This document shows positions 59,448 to 64,000 of a stretch of 64,000 nucleotides of DNA, in pieces. This DNA comes from Gammaproteobacteria bacterium. GTDB lineage: Bacteria; Pseudomonadota; Gammaproteobacteria; Enterobacterales; Aeromonadaceae. The translations under genes were made by a program, and so were the position numbers. The notes under the pieces were generated by a model that saw only the letters and a program-made list of their open reading frames with translations, made no database searches and was not told where the DNA came from. Position 1 is the first letter of the stretch. The number at the start of each line of letters is the position of its first letter. The DNA lies in assembly GCA_018222825.1 (NCBI GenBank), contig JAAEZO010000002.1, positions 7,472 through 71,471 of the forward strand, in the 5' to 3' direction.

Positions 59448-59993
59448 ATGGCAATGAACAACAGGGTAACGGTCTGGGATCCGCTGGTGCGGCTGTTTCA
59501 CTGGCTGCTGGTCGCCGCCTTTGCGGTGGCCTGGCTCAGCGCCGAGGAATGGCAGCATGTGCATGAGCTGGCCGGTTACACCGTGATGGGGCTGATTGTG
59601 TTTCGCCTGTTGTGGGGCCTGGTCGGCAGTCGTTATGCCCGTTTTCGCCAGTTTGTGCGCCCGCCGGCCACCACCATCGCTTACCTCAAAGACCTGCGCC
59701 GAGGGCGTGAACGGCGCCACCTTGGGCACAACCCGGCTGGTGCCGCCATGATCATCGCCCTGTTGGGTGGTTTGGCCTTGCTCACGACCAGCGGCTGGCT
59801 GTCGACCCTCGAACTGGGCCGAGCCGCAGACTGGCTGGAAGAAATCCATGAGCTGATGGCCAATATTCTACTGACGCTGGTGGTATTGCATGTCGGCGGC
59901 GTGCTGCTGGCCAGCTATCGCCACCGGGAAAATCTGATCCAGGCCATGGTCAACGGTAAAAAACGCATGCCCGAACAAGACGATATCGACTGA
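59448..59993 (+). CDS. Cytochrome b (Ni-hydrogenase b-type / b561-like)
   Basis: VWDPLVRLFHW, GHNPAG, EEIHE and LHVGGV motifs. Confidence 0.88.
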   Translation: MAMNNRVTVWDPLVRLFHWLLVAAFAVAWLSAEEWQHVHELAGYTVMGLIVFRLLWGLVGSRYARFRQFVRPPATTIAYLKDLRRGRERRHLGHNPAGAAMIIALLGGLALLTTSGWLSTLELGRAADWLEEIHELMANILLTLVVLHVGGVLLASYRHRENLIQAMVNGKKRMPEQDDID

Positions 59994-60064
59994 TAACCAG
60001 CACCGGGCCGCGCACGGCCCGGTGCCGCTGACCATGTTCATTCATCGCGCCTGCCGAGTGCATT

Positions 60065-60080
60065 TCGACCTTTTTTTGAC
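60065..60080 (+). promoter_or_regulatory. Candidate ColR box upstream of eptA
   Basis: TCGACCTTTTTTTGAC. Confidence 0.7.
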
Positions 60081-60139
60081 CTGACAGGCGATAGCATAGC
60101 GTCATCTTCACCCTGTTATTGCAGCTCGAGAGGCTCGCC

Positions 60140-61810
60140 ATGCCCATACGCCCCACGTTTTCAAACATCACGCTAACGCCGACCCGGCTGGTGTTTCTGG
60201 TTTCCTGCTACTTTTTTCTGGTGCTGAATGTGGCCCTGCTGGCCAAACTGGTCACCATTATCGGTAACCTGGAACAGGTCAGCCTCGGCTTCATGTTCAC
60301 CATACCGTTGTTTTTCATCGCCTGCTTCAACGTCATTTTCAGCCTGTTCACCGTCTTTCGTTGCGAGAAGCCGGTGCTTATCTTGTTTATTCTGGTGTCA
60401 TCCTTGCTGAGCTATGCCATGTACAACTACGGCACCATTGTTGACCGGGACATGATCGTCAATATTCTGGAGACCAACAGCGGCGAGGCCAAATCCTATC
60501 TCAATCTCACCGCCGCCCTGTGGTTTGGGCTCACCGGCATATTGCCGGCGGCGATCATCCTGAAGCTGAATATTCGGCGCAGCACTGTCGTTCGCGAGCT
60601 GGGCATGAAGCTCGCCTCCGTCACGGTGTCGATGCTGGTGATCCTGCTCGTCGCCGCCTTTTACTACAAGGACTACGCCTCGGTCGGGCGCAACAATCAC
60701 TATCTCAACAAGATGATTATTCCCACCCACTTCGCGCACAGCCTCTATGGCTATGTGAACGAGAAATATTTCAAGGAAGAAACGCCGTACCAGACACTGG
60801 GAGCAGACGCCAGACTGATCGGCCAGACGCAGGATGGTCGCAAGAACCTGCTGGTGCTGATGGTGGGCGAAACCGCTCGGGCCGAGAATTTTCAACTCGG
60901 AGGGTACGAGCGCGACACCAACGCCTTTACCCAGCCGCTGGGAGTGACCTATTTTGAGCAGGTGTCCTCTTGCGGCACCGCCACCGCGGTATCGGTGCCC
61001 TGCATGTTTTCGCGCATGTCGCACCAGGATTTCTCCGACACCCAAGCCGGCAACCAGGACAATCTGATGGATATAGTGCAGCGGGCCGACATCAACACCC
61101 GGTGGCTGGAGAACGACGGCGGCTGTAAAGGTGTCTGCGGCCATATCAGAACCATCGAATTCAAACCCGATGCCAACAATCCGGTCTGTGACGGGGACTA
61201 TTGTCAGGATCAGGTGCTACTGGAGGGACTGAGTACCCAGCTCGATCAGCTCACCGAGCAAAACAACATCATAGTGCTGCATATGGTCGGCAGCCACGGC
61301 CCAACTTATTACAAGCGCTATCCTGCCGAGTTTTCCCACTTTCAGCCGGATTGTCAGCGCAGCGACATTCAGAACTGCGACGCCCGCCAGCTGAATAATA
61401 CCTACGACAACACTCTGTATTATTCCGACTACATCATGAGTGAGGTGATCAAGTTATTGCAACAGCGTCAGGATATGAATACCGGAATGCTGTATGTGTC
61501 GGATCACGGCGAATCGCTGGGTGAGTCAGGCCTTTACCTGCACGGCATGCCCTATTCGCTGGCGCCCAAAGAACAGACCCACGTACCCATGTTGACCTGG
61601 TTTTCCGATGCCTTTATGGCCGATAAGCAGCTGGACCAGCAGTGCCTGAGCCAGGGGGCCAGGAACAATGCCTATTCGCACGACAACCTGTTTGACTCCA
61701 TTCTCGGCTTGATGGACATATCGACCGAGCTTTACCGACCGGAACTGGATATGTTTAATGACTGTCGTGGAAACAGCCGGCTGGCACTGAATCAGACCGC
61801 ATCAAAATAA
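60140..61810 (+). CDS. eptA: Lipid A phosphoethanolamine transferase
   Basis: MVGETAR, SCGTATAVSVPCMFS, GSHGPTY, YDNT and YVSDHGESLGE motifs. Confidence 0.93.
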   Translation: MPIRPTFSNITLTPTRLVFLVSCYFFLVLNVALLAKLVTIIGNLEQVSLGFMFTIPLFFIACFNVIFSLFTVFRCEKPVLILFILVSSLLSYAMYNYGTIVDRDMIVNILETNSGEAKSYLNLTAALWFGLTGILPAAIILKLNIRRSTVVRELGMKLASVTVSMLVILLVAAFYYKDYASVGRNNHYLNKMIIPTHFAHSLYGYVNEKYFKEETPYQTLGADARLIGQTQDGRKNLLVLMVGETARAENFQLGGYERDTNAFTQPLGVTYFEQVSSCGTATAVSVPCMFSRMSHQDFSDTQAGNQDNLMDIVQRADINTRWLENDGGCKGVCGHIRTIEFKPDANNPVCDGDYCQDQVLLEGLSTQLDQLTEQNNIIVLHMVGSHGPTYYKRYPAEFSHFQPDCQRSDIQNCDARQLNNTYDNTLYYSDYIMSEVIKLLQQRQDMNTGMLYVSDHGESLGESGLYLHGMPYSLAPKEQTHVPMLTWFSDAFMADKQLDQQCLSQGARNNAYSHDNLFDSILGLMDISTELYRPELDMFNDCRGNSRLALNQTASK

Positions 61811-63045
61811 ACCGTCACCCGAGTGCCGGCGGGATGATGTGGCACTATCTCCAGCCGCCAGCCCCGGTGCTCGCAAATACGCTCGACAATGGCCAACCCC
61901 AGCCCGAAACCGGTGGGGTTGGCTTCGCTGATCCCACGGGTGCACATCTGGTCCTGCAAACCGGCGGCAATACCGCTGCCGGTATCGGACACTTGCAGAT
62001 AATGTGCATCCAGCTGAACGCAGATTTCGCCCTCGCTGGTGTGCTGCATGGCATTGCGCAACAGGTTGTTCAGCACCGCTATCATCATGGTCGCCGGGCG
62101 CTGACCCGCGTCGCCGTTCACCTCAAGCGTCAACGTCAGTCCTCTGGCATCGGCCAGCGGTTGCCAGTGCGCCAGTTGTCGGGCGACGATGTTCGCCAGC
62201 GGTTGCTCGTCATCTTTGCCGGACAGTGCATCGGGGGTGCGGGACAGCTGTAAAAACAACTCGGTCTGCTGCTGCATCTGCAGCAAGGCGTCGTCGATGC
62301 GTTGCAACTGCCGTAACACGCCCGGCTGCGGTTCGCTTTCCTTCAGCATATCCACCGCCCCCCGAATCACCATCATGGGGGTGCGCAGCTCATGACTGGC
62401 GTTGGCAGAAAACTGCTGCTCCCTGAGCAGCAGCTCATTCACCCGCAGCACATAACGATCGAAGGCCCGCGCCAACTGGCCGGTTTCATCATCCGGGTAG
62501 CTCATCTCGAGTCGGTGGCCAGGCTGCTGCGGCAAGGTCGCCACCTCGGTGGCGAGTCGCGACACCGGCTGTAATATCTGCAGGCTCAAGCGCCGGGACA
62601 AAATGAAACCCAGCCCCCATACCGACAGAACACCGAGAGTCACTCCCGCAAACACCATCAGCTCGTAGCGCTCGAACTCACTTTGATCCTGCACCAGCAC
62701 ATGTATCCAGCCGCCGTCATGGCGCACAAACAGGTTATAGGCCTTGTCGGGCAACAGCACCTCGTGCCCGCCCTGCGGGTAGCCGCGAAAGACTTCCGGC
62801 AACAGCCGCTGATCGGATTTGGGCAACTTGTAGTAGGTGGTGTCCGTCATCGGCTGCACCAGCGGCGTGGTAACCGCCTCATGGTTGCGGATCTGGTCGC
62901 TTAAATCGCTTTGTAGATGGTTGTAAAACAGGGTGTCTTCAAACCAGAAGATCAGCAGCACCATGCCTACCGCCGCCAGAGAACTGGTGGTCACTATCAC
63001 CAGGTTCAATGCCAGTTGCAGCCGGGACTTGATGGTCATCGACAT
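61792..63045 (-). CDS. colS: Sensor histidine kinase, ColS-like
   Basis: Periplasmic QDQSEFERYE (ExxE), ASHELRTP, NLLRNA and GFGLGL motifs; start moved to 63045. Confidence 0.75.
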   Translation of the reverse strand: MSMTIKSRLQLALNLVIVTTSSLAAVGMVLLIFWFEDTLFYNHLQSDLSDQIRNHEAVTTPLVQPMTDTTYYKLPKSDQRLLPEVFRGYPQGGHEVLLPDKAYNLFVRHDGGWIHVLVQDQSEFERYELMVFAGVTLGVLSVWGLGFILSRRLSLQILQPVSRLATEVATLPQQPGHRLEMSYPDDETGQLARAFDRYVLRVNELLLREQQFSANASHELRTPMMVIRGAVDMLKESEPQPGVLRQLQRIDDALLQMQQQTELFLQLSRTPDALSGKDDEQPLANIVARQLAHWQPLADARGLTLTLEVNGDAGQRPATMMIAVLNNLLRNAMQHTSEGEICVQLDAHYLQVSDTGSGIAAGLQDQMCTRGISEANPTGFGLGLAIVERICEHRGWRLEIVPHHPAGTRVTVYFDAV

Positions 63046-63046
63046 G

Positions 63047-63721
63047 TCAGTCGTCCTCGGCCACCAGTCGGTAGCCCTGACCGTGCACCGTTTGCAGCAA
63101 GGGCCGATCAAAGGGCTTGTCCAGTTGATTACGCAGCAGATAAATATGGGATTTGAGGCCATCGCTGTCTGGCGGATCGTCGGCCCACAGTTGATCGATC
63201 AGGGTCTCGCGACTGACCACATGGGGCGACTGGCGCATCAGTAACTCCAGCAGTTTCAGACATTTGGGATTGAGGCTGATAGCAACCTGACCACGGCGAA
63301 CCTGGCGGGTATCGAGATCCAGCGTCACGTCGGCCACCTGGAGCTGACGCACCTGCTGTTTCTGGCTGCGCTTGAGCACCGCCTGTATGCGCGACCACAG
63401 CTCGGGCAAGGCGAAGGGTTTCACCAGATAATCGTCGGCCCCCACCTCGAAGCCGCCGAGCTTGTCGTCCAGGGTATCCCGCGCGGTCAGCATCACCACC
63501 GGCAGCGGATTCTGCTCGGCGCGCAACTGACGGCACAACGCCAGGCCATCCATCCCCGGCAGCGATAAATCCAGCACCAGCAGATCGTATTCCCGTTGCC
63601 GGATTTGATTCAGGGCCGCCGCGCCATTGTACATGGCATCCACCACACAGTGTTTCAGGGTGAGATAATCGACGATGTTGACCAGAATATCCGGGTTGTC
63701 TTCCACCACCAGAATACGCAT
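63047..63721 (-). CDS. colR: OmpR-family response regulator, ColR-like
   Basis: MRILVVEDNPDILVNIVDYL...PPDSDGLKSHIYLLRNQLDKPF resembles Pseudomonas ColR as recalled. Confidence 0.78.
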   Translation of the reverse strand: MRILVVEDNPDILVNIVDYLTLKHCVVDAMYNGAAALNQIRQREYDLLVLDLSLPGMDGLALCRQLRAEQNPLPVVMLTARDTLDDKLGGFEVGADDYLVKPFALPELWSRIQAVLKRSQKQQVRQLQVADVTLDLDTRQVRRGQVAISLNPKCLKLLELLMRQSPHVVSRETLIDQLWADDPPDSDGLKSHIYLLRNQLDKPFDRPLLQTVHGQGYRLVAEDD

Positions 63722-63730
63722 CTTGGCTCC

Positions 63731-64000
63731 TCAGTTTGCCGGCAGGGCTCGGCTCTGCAGTTCCACCCCTTGCGGGGTTACCGCCAGCACGCTGCCCTGA
63801 GTGTACCAGTCGCCCAGCACGATGCGGCGAGCGGGCTGACCGTCGATGTCCAGCTGGTGAATGGCGGGTCTGTGGGTATGACCGTGAATGAGCGAGCGCA
63901 CTCGGTAACGCTGCATTTGCCGCACTACCTCGCCCTGATTGACATCCATCACCTGCATCACCTTGTTTTCTTTGGATTCGGCGCTCTTGCCTCGAATGCC
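63731..64000 (-). CDS. lpxH: UDP-2,3-diacylglucosamine hydrolase, 3' part
   Basis: MDVN...LIHGHTHRPAIH...RIVLGDW. Confidence 0.9.
   Translation of the reverse strand, partial: GIRGKSAESKENKVMQVMDVNQGEVVRQMQRYRVRSLIHGHTHRPAIHQLDIDGQPARRIVLGDWYTQGSVLAVTPQGVELQSRALPAN

Overview
High-GC (roughly 60%) gammaproteobacterial chromosome segment. The genus cannot be fixed from sequence alone; a marine or halotolerant lifestyle is an inference from the gene content. 1-18.8 kb is a methylated-amine and C1 catabolism region: dgcA (partial), 4VR protein, dipeptidase, GbdR-like regulator, BCCT transporter, gbcAB, MFS, fdhD, fdsABG, fdhA and a PuuE-like hydrolase. 19-24.4 kb holds a TorR/ArcA-type regulator, a binding protein, a hybrid kinase and an NhaC-family transporter. 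24.5-25.3 kb is an AT-rich insert with a stop-interrupted lipoprotein gene. The most striking feature is at 25.3-42.6 kb: two intact, diverged, tandem copies (about 8.8 kb each) of a six-gene operon. Each encodes a DMS-dehydrogenase-like type II molybdoenzyme (ddhABDC order), an Mrp/Nbp35-type ATPase with an extra N-terminal four-Cys motif, and a 14-repeat beta-propeller with a twin-arginine motif lacking a hydrophobic core. Each copy has an identical perfect FNR box upstream. 42.9-56.7 kb has a nitronate monooxygenase family gene, DEAD-box helicase, DsrE protein, Fe-type ABC transporter, MFS, LysR, PAS chemoreceptor, Na+/solute symporter with an unannotated 39-aa partner, and creatinase. 56.8-64 kb is a ColRS-type envelope-modification locus (dgkA, LTA-synthase family, cytochrome b, eptA, colS, colR) followed by partial lpxH. 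No rRNA, tRNA, CRISPR array or transposase was seen. Family assignments come from recalled motifs and sequences, not from database searches.
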